DNA of 64,000 bases from a virus (IMGVR_UViG_3300031992_004563:128001-192000); one strand, 5' to 3'; counted from the stretch's first letter, positions 29,256-39,576 are shown. Numbers and translations: made by a program. Notes: generated from the letters alone by a model not told the origin.

Positions 29256-29438
29256 ATGGCAAGTAGAATAGGAGTATATCCAAACATACCAATGGCTGAA
29301 ATTGTAACACTTGGAGATGATGGAAATTATTACATAGAAGATGCTTTCGGACATAAACGTATGTTGTGGGAATGGGAAGTGCAAGAATTACCACCAAGTT
29401 TTAATAAAGAAAATGGGCATATAGATTATGAAAAATGA
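29256..29438 (+). CDS. Hypothetical protein
   Basis: Packed small ORF. Confidence 0.6.
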   Translation: MASRIGVYPNIPMAEIVTLGDDGNYYIEDAFGHKRMLWEWEVQELPPSFNKENGHIDYEK

Positions 29439-29542
29439 AAAAATTGGTTCATTGAAATTTTATGAACTTTTTACTGAAATGGCAAGAAAACAAGGCAAAC
29501 TACATGTAATAGATTTAAATGAATTTTGCAAGCATGAAAAAG

Positions 29543-29722
29543 ATGGAACTAATTGAAGAACATAATAAAGATTTAAAAAGATATGGTAAATCTATTTTAT
29601 CACATGAAGATGATGAAAATGATTCAATGAAAGATTATAAATTTTCTATTTCTCAACATGATGATGAAAGCTATTATGGAAGTGATGATTATTATGAGCC
29701 TATGAGGCATTTTAAAGATTAA
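29543..29722 (+). CDS. Hypothetical acidic protein
   Basis: Small ORF; start uncertain. Confidence 0.5.
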   Translation: MELIEEHNKDLKRYGKSILSHEDDENDSMKDYKFSISQHDDESYYGSDDYYEPMRHFKD

Positions 29723-29738
29723 AAATGATTTTAAAAAT

Positions 29739-29984
29739 ATGATGGATAATTATAAAAATATGAATATTAAAATTGAAGAGAATTCAATTTTAATAAATGA
29801 AAATGAATATAAACAAAATGAAATTAAAGGCGTTCTTAGGCAACCTATTGATAAAGAACTTCATGAAAAATATAATAAAAAATATTTAATATTAACAAAT
29901 AGTAATAGCCCAATTGCAAAAGATGGAATCAATAAGGTATTTTGGTCAGAACATTTTCAAACATATGTTGCAAGTGAATGGTAA
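29739..29984 (+). CDS. Hypothetical protein
   Basis: 81-aa ORF. Confidence 0.6.
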   Translation: MMDNYKNMNIKIEENSILINENEYKQNEIKGVLRQPIDKELHEKYNKKYLILTNSNSPIAKDGINKVFWSEHFQTYVASEW

Positions 29985-30004
29985 AATATTAAAAAATAAA
30001 ATAT

Positions 30005-30202
30005 ATGGAAAAGATAATTAAAGATTCAATTGAAGAAAGTTATAGAGACTACCAAGAGGGTTCTATTGGAATGGATGAAAATGAGCACTGGGCCCATGAG
30101 GAAGGATGGAAAGATGGTTATGAATGGATTCTTACCGAGTTAACAATCAATAATGAAATCTCTCCAGAAATTATGAAAAAATACATGGATAAAATTTATT
30201 AA
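30005..30202 (+). CDS. Hypothetical protein
   Basis: 65-aa ORF. Confidence 0.65.
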   Translation: MEKIIKDSIEESYRDYQEGSIGMDENEHWAHEEGWKDGYEWILTELTINNEISPEIMKKYMDKIY

Positions 30203-30216
30203 AAATACTAAAAATT

Positions 30217-31041
30217 ATGTTGAGATATTTAAGATATTTTATACCGGATGGCATAGATGAAAAGGGAAAATTCTGGTATGGTGTCGGTAGTGAAAACTAT
30301 GACAAATATTATACTTTTTCAGAATGGTTAAAGGCTGTAAGTGCTTCATCATATCATCATGGAGATATGATAGTAGACAAACCATTATTTAAATTATGGC
30401 GCAGTTGGACATTTAATATAACATATGATATTTGTGGTTATTTCAGTCCATATCCAGAAATAAACATTTCAATGTTTGGATTTCATTTTTGCTTTGTTCT
30501 CCCATTTAGAAATAATTGGACAGATGAATGTGATCCTCCTAGATATGGAATAGCAGTTCATAGTGATACATTTTGGATTTATTTAGGTGGCAAAGGCAAT
30601 ATGGGAGGTGGAACCAAATGGTGGACTTGGAGTATCCCATTTTTTACAAAAATTCATGTAAGACATGATGTTGAATGTAATATTGATGGAGAAATAAAGA
30701 TGATTCCATATAAAAATCTTGAAAGCCGTGGTAAAGATTATATTCCTCTTAAAGAAAATAAATTAGTTAATGTTCATACTTATGATTATACCGATATGTA
30801 TGACGGAGAAGTTATTCCATGCAAATATTGGGTAGAAGAAAGAGAATGGCGACCAAAATGGCTGACATGGACGGGGTTTTTTAAAGATGTTAGAAAATAC
30901 ATTGAAATTGAATTTGACAAAGAAGTCGGTAAAAGGAAAGGTTCTTGGAAAGGTGGTTGTATTGGATGTAGTTATGATTTGAAACCAGGCGAAACACCTG
31001 AAGAATGTTTAAAACGAATGGAAAAAGAAAGAAAATTTTAA
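30217..31041 (+). CDS. Trp-rich phage hypothetical protein
   Basis: VEEREWRPKW..FDKEVG..GSWKGG..ETPEECLKRME. Confidence 0.8.
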   Translation: MLRYLRYFIPDGIDEKGKFWYGVGSENYDKYYTFSEWLKAVSASSYHHGDMIVDKPLFKLWRSWTFNITYDICGYFSPYPEINISMFGFHFCFVLPFRNNWTDECDPPRYGIAVHSDTFWIYLGGKGNMGGGTKWWTWSIPFFTKIHVRHDVECNIDGEIKMIPYKNLESRGKDYIPLKENKLVNVHTYDYTDMYDGEVIPCKYWVEEREWRPKWLTWTGFFKDVRKYIEIEFDKEVGKRKGSWKGGCIGCSYDLKPGETPEECLKRMEKERKF

Positions 31042-31052
31042 TAATTAATAAT

Positions 31053-31568
31053 ATGAAAGAACAAGATTATATAAAAGCATTTCAATTAACGCTTGATGAA
31101 ATTATTGAAAGCAAATTTGATATGTCTATTGATTGGACAGCACGGTATAAAGAATGTATTGAAAAGGCCGTAGATATAAGATTTAAAGAGTTTATAAAAA
31201 CATTCACAATAAACAAAATAATGAGTAGCATTGTAATAACAATTCCCAAGAGGATTAAATGGGAAGATTATGAAAAAGAACTAAAACAAGTTGAAGATGA
31301 AAGTTATGAAATGAACTATCGTCTTCCAACATTGCCTAAAGATGTACATATAGGTGATAGATGTTATATTTGTCATGATGGGTTTATTAAGGGATGGATG
31401 AAGATATCACATATAGGTGAAAGAAATGGATTTAATTGCACCACTACCGGTAAAGCCTGGAGTGATGGATATTATGTATCCAGAACAGGAAAGTTCCATT
31501 ATTTAAAAACAGAAATTCCAATGAAAGGCTTCATGGGATATAGAAAATTAGAAAAAGATTATGAATAA
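31053..31568 (+). CDS. Hypothetical protein, possible ASCH/PUA-like C-domain
   Basis: GDRCYICHDGFIKGW..PMKGFMGYR. Confidence 0.65.
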   Translation: MKEQDYIKAFQLTLDEIIESKFDMSIDWTARYKECIEKAVDIRFKEFIKTFTINKIMSSIVITIPKRIKWEDYEKELKQVEDESYEMNYRLPTLPKDVHIGDRCYICHDGFIKGWMKISHIGERNGFNCTTTGKAWSDGYYVSRTGKFHYLKTEIPMKGFMGYRKLEKDYE

Positions 31569-31974
31569 AGAAGAGAATATTGTTTATATCCAATTAGATA
31601 ATTGGTATGATATGGGAGAAGCAACCCAATATCTTGAAGAGTTAGAAAATGGTGAGCATGATGGTGAGATAAATTACACAGATGTTTGGTATGATATGGC
31701 AATTATACATTGCATAACTACAACTAAAGATTATGTGAAAGAACACCCTGAGCTTGAAAAACACATTGAAAATCTTGAGTATCATGATACATTTGCGAGT
31801 TATTATCCTAAATATGATCCAAATAATTTTGGGTGTAATTGGTATGGTGAGTATCAAGGCTGGGCCCCATATAAAGAGTTTAATAAACAATTATGGGATC
31901 ATCTTAAAGCAACAGGTCAAATTGATGAAAATGGAAAAATAATAACAAATACACCAGAAAATAAAAAGAATTAA
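31561..31974 (+). CDS. Hypothetical protein
   Basis: 137-aa ORF. Confidence 0.7.
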   Translation: MNKEENIVYIQLDNWYDMGEATQYLEELENGEHDGEINYTDVWYDMAIIHCITTTKDYVKEHPELEKHIENLEYHDTFASYYPKYDPNNFGCNWYGEYQGWAPYKEFNKQLWDHLKATGQIDENGKIITNTPENKKN

Positions 31975-31975
31975 T

Positions 31976-32254
31976 ATGAACACATTTCAAATTGTAGGTT
32001 TTATATTATTAGGAATTATTGTATTTTTATTTTTAATTTCATATATTGCAATAATTCGTGAATGGAATCATATAAAATCTGGTGATAAAGGTATTTATAT
32101 TGATGGCTCTTGGATAAGCGGTGAATTTACTGTTATCCATAAAACTAAAAATTTTATTATTATTAAATATTTTGATGATACTACTGAAACTATTTTAAAA
32201 GATAGTTATATAGATGGCATAAAATCTTTTACATGGCATAAAAATAAAAAATAA
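31976..32254 (+). CDS. Membrane-anchored hypothetical protein
   Basis: N-terminal TM helix. Confidence 0.7.
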   Translation: MNTFQIVGFILLGIIVFLFLISYIAIIREWNHIKSGDKGIYIDGSWISGEFTVIHKTKNFIIIKYFDDTTETILKDSYIDGIKSFTWHKNKK

Positions 32255-32293
32255 TATAGAAATATAAGTAAATTAATTAATGTATATGCAGGT

Positions 32294-32494
32294 ATGCATC
32301 TTACACCTGACCAAGAACGAGAAATGTTTATTCAATCTTTTCATTATATTTTAGAAAAAATTGATCCATTTATTCAAAGTCATTATTTTGACGAATTATA
32401 TGAGAAAGATGAACGAATGATGGGTAATGTTGAAGATGGTATGGAGCGATTAAATCAAATGTGTGATTATATTAAAGATGGTTTTTGGGATTAA
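32294..32494 (+). CDS. Hypothetical protein
   Basis: 66-aa ORF. Confidence 0.6.
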   Translation: MHLTPDQEREMFIQSFHYILEKIDPFIQSHYFDELYEKDERMMGNVEDGMERLNQMCDYIKDGFWD

Positions 32495-32511
32495 AATAAA
32501 TTAAAAATAAT

Positions 32512-32724
32512 ATGAGTTGTCCAAAAGGAATGAAAGAAATTATACCACATGGTGGTGCTAAAAATAGAAATATTAGAATATATAACATATTAAAATATGT
32601 TAATTATGTGCTAGAAGAATCAAATTTACCACATATTGATCCTGATGATATTAATGAATATACAATGAATAGTATTTATCATGAATTTGATTGGGAACCT
32701 TTGTGGGAAAGATATGGTGATTAA
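32512..32724 (+). CDS. Hypothetical protein
   Basis: 70-aa ORF. Confidence 0.6.
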   Translation: MSCPKGMKEIIPHGGAKNRNIRIYNILKYVNYVLEESNLPHIDPDDINEYTMNSIYHEFDWEPLWERYGD

Positions 32725-32726
32725 TT

Positions 32727-32936
32727 ATGAAAATTAAACATAAAATAAGAATATTAAAATATAATGATTCTAAATATATTATTTACATGCGTAAATATTT
32801 TTTTAGAATTATACCATATTGGTCTAAACATAAAACATTTAATAATTACAAATTTAAAGAAATTTATAATTATGCAGATGAGTTGGCAAAACAACAATAT
32901 CCACATATATTAGAAATCAAATATAAGAAATCATGA
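32727..32936 (+). CDS. Hypothetical basic protein
   Basis: 69-aa ORF. Confidence 0.6.
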   Translation: MKIKHKIRILKYNDSKYIIYMRKYFFRIIPYWSKHKTFNNYKFKEIYNYADELAKQQYPHILEIKYKKS

Positions 32937-33493
32937 TATTAGAAAACCCAAATATTGAAATACTTAAAGATGGAACTCAAAAAATATCAGATTCATATGG
33001 TAATCTTTTAAAAATGAAAGAACAATATGGTAATAGATTTGAGATAGAAGAACCAAAAAATAGACCATTTGATGAATATGAAGATGGCTATTGGTGTGAA
33101 CCATTTATTTATACTATAGAAGGAGATGATGAAATTCATATGATTTTTATTATTCCAGAATCATTAAGAGATATTTTAAAACCTGGAATATATAAAAAGA
33201 AACACAGAGAAAATACATATTCTTGTTTTGCAGATTATGTTGAATATGAAGGCGGTAAGACATATGAGGCCCAAACAATGGGTGGATCAGGTGATCCAGA
33301 ATATGGATTTTTATTTCTATTATCAGAAGTAGAAAATGCATTATGTAATATTGATGATTATTATCATAATATTAAAGAAACTAATGAAAATAAATGGGAT
33401 AAATGGGATATAAGAACTGCAAAATATAATAAAGCATATTTAGAGTTATTGCCTTTTTGTGTAAAAAGAATTGGATATTTAAAACCAGAATAA
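32933..33493 (+). CDS. Hypothetical protein
   Basis: 186-aa ORF. Confidence 0.7.
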   Translation: MILENPNIEILKDGTQKISDSYGNLLKMKEQYGNRFEIEEPKNRPFDEYEDGYWCEPFIYTIEGDDEIHMIFIIPESLRDILKPGIYKKKHRENTYSCFADYVEYEGGKTYEAQTMGGSGDPEYGFLFLLSEVENALCNIDDYYHNIKETNENKWDKWDIRTAKYNKAYLELLPFCVKRIGYLKPE

Positions 33494-33497
33494 ACTT

Positions 33498-33854
33498 ATG
33501 AAATACAATTTTGAAAATAAAAGTTTTGAAAATATTTTTGAATATGGTTTAAAACTTGCGCAAGAAAAATCAAAATATTGCAAAACATTTTTTAAATCAT
33601 ATATAGAATATATTATACAGAAAAATCCAAATCTTTCAAAAGAAGATGCTATTATACGAGCAAAAGATAATTTTGGGTATTATGCTGGATATTATAGTAT
33701 AGAAACACGTAAATTAATTGCTGATACATATAAAGCATTTCATCTAGATTTTGGAGATAGATATGATTTAAGTTCACATGAAGTATTTATGATGGGTTAT
33801 AATAAAGCTAATGGAACATATATTAAAACATTTTATAATAATACTGAATTATGA
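33498..33854 (+). CDS. Phage hypothetical protein
   Basis: AKDNFGYYAGYY. Confidence 0.7.
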   Translation: MKYNFENKSFENIFEYGLKLAQEKSKYCKTFFKSYIEYIIQKNPNLSKEDAIIRAKDNFGYYAGYYSIETRKLIADTYKAFHLDFGDRYDLSSHEVFMMGYNKANGTYIKTFYNNTEL

Positions 33855-34012
33855 AATATGTTATTGAATTAAAAAATGACAATGAAAAAAATAATTTCAT
33901 TGAATTATTAAAACGCGGAATGGCATATTGTGATGAGCATTATAGGCAATATCGTGCAATAGATAATATATATAAAAATGTTATGTCACAATTGAATATA
34001 AAAAAGAAATAA
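33851..34012 (+). CDS. Small hypothetical protein
   Basis: 53 aa; ATGA overlap with the upstream gene. Confidence 0.55.
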   Translation: MKYVIELKNDNEKNNFIELLKRGMAYCDEHYRQYRAIDNIYKNVMSQLNIKKK

Positions 34013-34022
34013 TAGTGTAATT

Positions 34023-34178
34023 ATGTGTATTTGGACCCTTTTAGGTGTAATTGGAGGATTTATCTTTTCACCAATAGTAGCAGCATTAATAATGTTAGAT
34101 GTGCCATATCATGGCATTATTATTTTATGCATGTTTCTAATAGAAATATTTTTTATGGTTAAAAGTAAAGATAAATGA
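34023..34178 (+). CDS. Small two-TM membrane protein
   Basis: MCIWTLLGVIGGFIF.., 51 aa. Confidence 0.65.
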   Translation: MCIWTLLGVIGGFIFSPIVAALIMLDVPYHGIIILCMFLIEIFFMVKSKDK

Positions 34179-34180
34179 TT

Positions 34181-34333
34181 ATGTGTATTTGGTATATTTT
34201 ATTAATTATTATCACCATTGTTTGTTTTATTATAGGCATAGCAGTTGGATTAGTAGGCTCTTTTGGTATGGGAGTTCTTTTATTATTGATTGGATTAGGC
34301 ACTTGGATAATTTGGTTATGTAAATTTTCATAA
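34181..34333 (+). CDS. Small two-TM membrane protein
   Basis: MCIWYILLIIITIV.., 50 aa. Confidence 0.65.
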   Translation: MCIWYILLIIITIVCFIIGIAVGLVGSFGMGVLLLLIGLGTWIIWLCKFS

Positions 34334-34335
34334 TT

Positions 34336-34533
34336 ATGTGTATTAAAAATATATTTGAAATATTACTTTATATATCTGCATTTATTATTCTTTTTGGATG
34401 CATATATTTTTCAAAGATGATAATTTGTATAGGGATTGGCTCTCTATTTTTATGCGCGTGTATATATGATTTTATAGATATTCATATAGAAAAACATATA
34501 AAATTAGAAACAAATAAAGAATAGAGGCTATAA
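34336..34533 (+). CDS. Small two-TM membrane protein
   Basis: MCIKNIFEILLY..; TAG at 34522 read through to TAA at 34531. Confidence 0.65.
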
Positions 34534-34538
34534 TTTTT

Positions 34539-34583
34539 AGCTTCTATTTTTTATTTTGATAGAAATATATTATTTTTGTATCG
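34539..34583 (+). promoter_or_regulatory. Class I (early) promoter
   Basis: AGCTTCTATTTTTTA...TATTATTTTTGTATCG. Confidence 0.75.
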
Positions 34584-34593
34584 TTAATTAAAA

Positions 34594-34992
34594 ATGAATA
34601 ATATGAATACAGAAAATCAAAAATTGCCATTTAATACTTATGTAGATCATAATGGCTATGTTATTCCTAAAAGCCCTATTGTAAAAAATACACCGGAAAT
34701 TATTGAATGGCTTAAAAATAATACTGCTGGGTATAGTGATATGCCTGGCACTGGTAATTTGTACAAACCGGAAGATGAATGGGTTGAAATTGGTATTTCC
34801 ACATCTCATGCAGGATATGTTTACAAATATTGCGCAACTATAAAAGATGAGAATTTTCAAAAGTTCCATAAAAATGCGCCATATGTTAAATTATTTGATG
34901 ATAATTTTGAAGCATTTAAAAAATATATGAATTGGGTTGCTAAAGTAAGCAATCGAAAATTTGCATGTCAATTTAAAAATAAAAATAAGTAA
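34594..34992 (+). CDS. Hypothetical protein
   Basis: 132-aa ORF. Confidence 0.7.
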   Translation: MNNMNTENQKLPFNTYVDHNGYVIPKSPIVKNTPEIIEWLKNNTAGYSDMPGTGNLYKPEDEWVEIGISTSHAGYVYKYCATIKDENFQKFHKNAPYVKLFDDNFEAFKKYMNWVAKVSNRKFACQFKNKNK

Positions 34993-34994
34993 TT

Positions 34995-35393
34995 ATGGAT
35001 GAAAATAAAATATTACATGCAGACGATTTAATGCTTGGTGATTGGGTAATGGTGAAAGAACGTAAAGGTGATTTCACTAAAGATTATCCAATTATGGTAC
35101 ATAGTGATACTATTATAGATGTTCTTGCTGGAAATTTGATAATTGAACCTATTAAATTAACAGATGAAATTCTTGAAAAAAATGGTTTTAATAAAACCAG
35201 AGATTTGGGTAGTGGACATACCATAAAAGAAGGGCTTGAACTTGTTTTTGCTGGAATGTTTTCTATGCATTATTATGAATTTGTAGGAACTGATAATATG
35301 GATAGTGCGTGTACAGGTATTTATATTGATTATGTGCATGAACTACAGCATGTTTTAAAGCAGTGCGAAATTAAAAAGAATATTGTAATTTAA
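34995..35393 (+). CDS. Phage hypothetical protein (paralog of 19790..20260)
   Basis: DLMLGDWV..PIKLTDEILEKNGF..YVHELQH. Confidence 0.75.
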   Translation: MDENKILHADDLMLGDWVMVKERKGDFTKDYPIMVHSDTIIDVLAGNLIIEPIKLTDEILEKNGFNKTRDLGSGHTIKEGLELVFAGMFSMHYYEFVGTDNMDSACTGIYIDYVHELQHVLKQCEIKKNIVI

Positions 35394-35415
35394 CTTTATT
35401 TTAAATAAAAATAAT

Positions 35416-36018
35416 ATGAATTTATCACAACAATTAAAAAGCCTTGCTGATAAAGTTGTTTATGCTGAAACAACAATGTCAGAGTATTATAAAATTGGAA
35501 GCATTACTGTTAGGGTGTCTGACCATATGTCATCTGATATGGATTGTGATCTTGCTGTTTTTGGGTCAAAAGATGCAAATGGGAAGCATTATGTTTATAC
35601 AGTAATTCCAATGGTTGGAACATTTAAAGAGGTTCAATGGTTTACTAATACAAATGCGGTAATTGAATTTATTACTCGGTTTGAAAGCATCGCAAGATTG
35701 CTTATCAAATCACCTACACACAATAATAATCAAAGAGAGCGTCAGGAATTTAATGCAGCAAATAAAATTGTTATGGATTCTAGTGAACAACCTGCAAATA
35801 CATGTAAAAATCAAATAAAATTTGATCATTGGATGACAAAGCTTGCATCATTATATGCAGAAAAGGGTGGAGCATTAAAAAATATACTTAATGAAATTTA
35901 CCGTTTCTCTGGAAATGAGGAAACTTTAAAAGATATAATGAAAATTGTATGTCCAGTTTCACATGAACGAAAGAAATTATGTCTTGATGCAATGTTAGCA
36001 AGAATAAAAATGCAATAA
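35416..36018 (+). CDS. Hypothetical protein
   Basis: SEYY..TVRVSDH; 200 aa. Confidence 0.75.
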   Translation: MNLSQQLKSLADKVVYAETTMSEYYKIGSITVRVSDHMSSDMDCDLAVFGSKDANGKHYVYTVIPMVGTFKEVQWFTNTNAVIEFITRFESIARLLIKSPTHNNNQRERQEFNAANKIVMDSSEQPANTCKNQIKFDHWMTKLASLYAEKGGALKNILNEIYRFSGNEETLKDIMKIVCPVSHERKKLCLDAMLARIKMQ

Positions 36019-36021
36019 ATT

Positions 36022-36198
36022 ATGTGCCCATATCTTAAAAATAAAATTAAATTTTGGCCTGTTTTAACGATACTTGGATGGGTTGGTCTGCTTATAGGTG
36101 GTATATTGGCACCATTTATAATTAACGCCTCTATAATAGTAGTAATAATAAGTACTGTCATTATATGGCTTGGTTTAATTACAATGTGTTTTGAATAA
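36022..36198 (+). CDS. Small two-TM membrane protein
   Basis: MCPYLKNKIKFWPVLTILGWVGLLIGG.., 58 aa. Confidence 0.6.
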   Translation: MCPYLKNKIKFWPVLTILGWVGLLIGGILAPFIINASIIVVIISTVIIWLGLITMCFE

Positions 36199-36211
36199 AA
36201 TTTTAGAAATT

Positions 36212-36781
36212 ATGATACATTCAGAAATTTATGAGGATGGTTTTGCGGAAGTTAAACCTCAAAAAACAAAAGAAAAGAAATCAAATAAAGTTATAGAGTT
36301 CTATATTAATGATAAGCTCTATAAGGCTGTGCCATATAATAAATGGGATGAAGAGTTTGAAAAGCTTAAAGCTCTTTTAAAAAGAAAAGGATATTTTGAA
36401 CAATATGATGATCTTCCCGGATTTAAACACCCACATGAACACCCACATGTATGGATTAATTGGGATAAGTTTATTATTTTAATAACATGTTATAAAATTA
36501 AAACTGGCCTTGTAGATAAACATGGTAATATTTTATATGAAGATGATATTGTAAAATATACTGATGACTGTTACACAATTGAATCATGTTTGTGTGGAAA
36601 ACCATTCGATGAAGGCTATTATGTTCGTGAATATTTAACACATCAAGGTATGTGTAGCAGAGTAAGAGATACTGATATCACAGATGAAAATATAAAAAAT
36701 ATTACCAAATGTCGTGATGTTATTAATCTTCCTCGAAAACAATGGAAACAACCTGAAATGTTTGACATTAAAACACTTTAA
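36212..36781 (+). CDS. Hypothetical protein with YopX-like C-terminal segment
   Basis: TGLVDKHGNILYEDDIV. Confidence 0.7.
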   Translation: MIHSEIYEDGFAEVKPQKTKEKKSNKVIEFYINDKLYKAVPYNKWDEEFEKLKALLKRKGYFEQYDDLPGFKHPHEHPHVWINWDKFIILITCYKIKTGLVDKHGNILYEDDIVKYTDDCYTIESCLCGKPFDEGYYVREYLTHQGMCSRVRDTDITDENIKNITKCRDVINLPRKQWKQPEMFDIKTL

Positions 36782-36785
36782 TAGT

Positions 36786-37160
36786 ATGAAAAAACTTATT
36801 GATAAATTTTGGATATTTTGGTCTAAGCTTAAAGCATGTTGTAGATTTTTATTTGAATCTAAAACAACAGGCTGGTTAGTTTTTTATGAAGTGATTAATG
36901 AAAAAACTGGCGAAAAAACAATGACATACCAAACAGAGAAAACCGCTCCAGCTGGTGATATTTATAATCTTATGTATACTGGTTATATGCAAACAGCTAA
37001 AATTATTATTGAGCGTTTTCAAGAAGATTATCCAGAGGCAATTCAAAGTGTTTATGAACATATTGATAAAAGTTCTGCTATTACTGATTTTCTTAAAAAT
37101 ACTATGAAAGTTGCTAAAGGAAAGAACAGCCCACTTAAGAAAATGTCAAAAATTAAATAA
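36786..37160 (+). CDS. Hypothetical protein
   Basis: Packed ORF. Confidence 0.7.
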   Translation: MKKLIDKFWIFWSKLKACCRFLFESKTTGWLVFYEVINEKTGEKTMTYQTEKTAPAGDIYNLMYTGYMQTAKIIIERFQEDYPEAIQSVYEHIDKSSAITDFLKNTMKVAKGKNSPLKKMSKIK

Positions 37161-37161
37161 T

Positions 37162-37425
37162 ATGGGTAAAACAAGCAAAAAAGAATTTCACAAAAAGACT
37201 GATAAGTTTAAATCAAATAGATATTCTGGATGGGATCATTTCAAAATTATTCCATTTGGTTTAAATGGGTGGGATTGGTTTTATCAACGTCAAAGAGACA
37301 AATTTGGTAATATTAGTGAACATGAAAGAGAAGATGTTTTATCAACTATAAATAAGTCATCAAAACGAATGAAAGATAAGCTTGAATTAAAGAAAGAAAT
37401 AGATGAAATTAAAAATGATAATTAA
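37162..37425 (+). CDS. Basic hypothetical protein
   Basis: Starts MGKTSKK. Confidence 0.65.
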   Translation: MGKTSKKEFHKKTDKFKSNRYSGWDHFKIIPFGLNGWDWFYQRQRDKFGNISEHEREDVLSTINKSSKRMKDKLELKKEIDEIKNDN

Positions 37426-37468
37426 CTTCTATTTTTTAGTTTAAATAAAAAGTATTATTTTTGTATCG
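37424..37468 (+). promoter_or_regulatory. Class I (early) promoter
   Basis: AACTTCTATTTTTTAG...TATTATTTTTGTATCG. Confidence 0.75.
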
Positions 37469-37493
37469 TTAATTTAAAATAAAAATACTTAGT

Positions 37494-37709
37494 ATGAATG
37501 TATTTTTCTTTGAAGACAAAACAAATGATTTAATTGGCAGTTATTATATGCCAACTAATTGGGAGTTTAAGGTTGGCCAAGTCATTAAATCATTTTGGGG
37601 GTGTGAATCAACTGTAACTAAAGTTGATATTGAAATGCAACTTGATGGTAATGACCTTATTGTTATTCAAAAGGTTTGGGTTGATCGTAAACGTATATAC
37701 AATTGTTAA
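37494..37709 (+). CDS. Hypothetical protein
   Basis: 71-aa ORF after a promoter. Confidence 0.65.
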   Translation: MNVFFFEDKTNDLIGSYYMPTNWEFKVGQVIKSFWGCESTVTKVDIEMQLDGNDLIVIQKVWVDRKRIYNC

Positions 37710-37714
37710 TCATT

Positions 37715-38077
37715 ATGGGAAAGACATATTCTAAAAAACAAAAATGGATTGAGATACATGCTGAGCAAGGAAAGAAGGTATCTCGTTATCGTAAGCATGG
37801 CTTGTTTAGCCTTGGTTATCAACCAGTTTATAATGATGTTAATGAAAAATTAACACGCCATCCAAATAAGAAGAGTAAAAAGTCAAGTCTTCGTACTGAA
37901 TTACGCGAGGTAAATGGGCCATGTAGTTCATTGGCCAATTATAGAAATCAACTAGGTGAAATATGGGAACGTTCTTCACGTTTGAGATTGGCTAAAAGCA
38001 CCGGGGTTGGTAGTCGTCGTGCAAAAATTAAAAAACACACGATGGATGAAATTAATAACTTTTTAATGGAGGAATAA
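37715..38077 (+). CDS. Highly basic hypothetical protein
   Basis: Starts MGKTYSKK; K/R-rich. Confidence 0.7.
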   Translation: MGKTYSKKQKWIEIHAEQGKKVSRYRKHGLFSLGYQPVYNDVNEKLTRHPNKKSKKSSLRTELREVNGPCSSLANYRNQLGEIWERSSRLRLAKSTGVGSRRAKIKKHTMDEINNFLMEE

Positions 38078-38080
38078 GAT

Positions 38081-38338
38081 ATGAAAGCTATTAAAGACAA
38101 AATCGTAATGAGTGATGCATATTATTTTGTATTAGCATATTTGAATGCAACAAATTTTGCACCTGTACAATGTCGTGGGCTTTGTAAGTTTGATAAATTA
38201 ACAGGACGTCCTATATTCAAAATGGATATGCTTGACTATGAAACATTTGGTGAACTTATGCACGATGGTATGAATTGGATGCTTAGTAAATCCCAGGATT
38301 TGACATTAGAAAATATTGACAAATATAATTTGAAATAA
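38081..38338 (+). CDS. Hypothetical protein
   Basis: 85-aa ORF. Confidence 0.65.
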   Translation: MKAIKDKIVMSDAYYFVLAYLNATNFAPVQCRGLCKFDKLTGRPIFKMDMLDYETFGELMHDGMNWMLSKSQDLTLENIDKYNLK

Positions 38339-38341
38339 GTT

Positions 38342-38797
38342 ATGGAAACAACTGGATGCGTAAAAGATCCTTTTTACGAGGATAAATATAAGCAATTAAA
38401 AAATACTCTTTTTATTGGTGATGAAAATCATGGTGGTGGCATGAGTTTGGCTGATATGCAACTTGAACGCCTATTTGACGAAACACTTTCTGCTGAAGGT
38501 GTATTGCGCAGAATTGGCCAAAAGTATGATCAGCAACGTAATCTTATTAAGCAAGGTGGAATTTTCCCATTAAAAATTACAGAAAGTTCTTCATTTTCTA
38601 AAACTCATTATTTGCTAATTGATAATGATAATAAATTGAGAATTGGAGAATGGGATAAGGAGAAACACCAATTTTTTGAGATTAATGGCCATCAACCAAT
38701 TGATAATTCATCAATTAAAGCCTTTTTCCCATCTGCAAACCCATGCAGTGGATGTGATTTTGGCATATCAATTATTGATATTTTATATAACATCTAA
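38342..38797 (+). CDS. Hypothetical protein
   Basis: 151-aa ORF. Confidence 0.7.
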   Translation: METTGCVKDPFYEDKYKQLKNTLFIGDENHGGGMSLADMQLERLFDETLSAEGVLRRIGQKYDQQRNLIKQGGIFPLKITESSSFSKTHYLLIDNDNKLRIGEWDKEKHQFFEINGHQPIDNSSIKAFFPSANPCSGCDFGISIIDILYNI

Positions 38798-38984
38798 ATA
38801 CTTTTAATTATGACATTAAGAGAATTAGTAAATAAGTATCCAAATGGTTTAGATTATGAAATTGTCGTTTCTGAAGATCGTATGATTTTAGAAAATAAAC
38901 CAATAAAAGGAACTGTATTTGGTATGCGCGATAACAAAATGAAAATATATTTAATATATTAATATCAAAATGGAGTATAAATAA

Positions 38985-39029
38985 AGCTTCTATTTTTTAA
39001 TTTAAATAAAAAGTATTAATTTTGCATTG
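38985..39029 (+). promoter_or_regulatory. Class I (early) promoter
   Basis: AGCTTCTATTTTTTAA...TATTAATTTTGCA. Confidence 0.75.
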
Positions 39030-39070
39030 TCAATTAAAAAATTACTAATTTAAAATTGGGAGATTTTAAT

Positions 39071-39391
39071 ATGAAATTGAATTTTGAAACAAATTATAGC
39101 ATTGGAGATCGAGTGCTTGTAAACTGTGTTGCTATGGGTGATGGACAAACTCATCATCACGATAGTAATATGATATCTTTATTCCATAAGGGAGATATCC
39201 TACAATCCGAAAAAGGCACAATTGAATCTATCATTGTTTTCATGGGCAGTGATGGTCGACTTAAAGTACGATATGGTATTGAGTTGGATAACTATATGTA
39301 TGATAATGAATATCATATTGAAACTGGTGGCATGTATCAAATTGAACGCAAACTTCAAATTCAGAAGATGACAATTGGAATTGAAGTTTAA
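39071..39391 (+). CDS. Hypothetical protein
   Basis: FETNYSIGDRV. Confidence 0.7.
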   Translation: MKLNFETNYSIGDRVLVNCVAMGDGQTHHHDSNMISLFHKGDILQSEKGTIESIIVFMGSDGRLKVRYGIELDNYMYDNEYHIETGGMYQIERKLQIQKMTIGIEV

Positions 39392-39576
39392 TTAAATTAT
39401 AAAATTATGACAGTACAAGAGTTAATCAATAAGTTAAATTCTATTGATGACAAGTCAAAGGAAGTTTCATTTTCTTATGATTTTGGAACTAATGAAATGG
39501 GTGATCCATTTGATGTAACAAATGTAACAGAAGCAATGGATTGTGTAATAATTAGTTAATAAAGGAGAATAAAATT

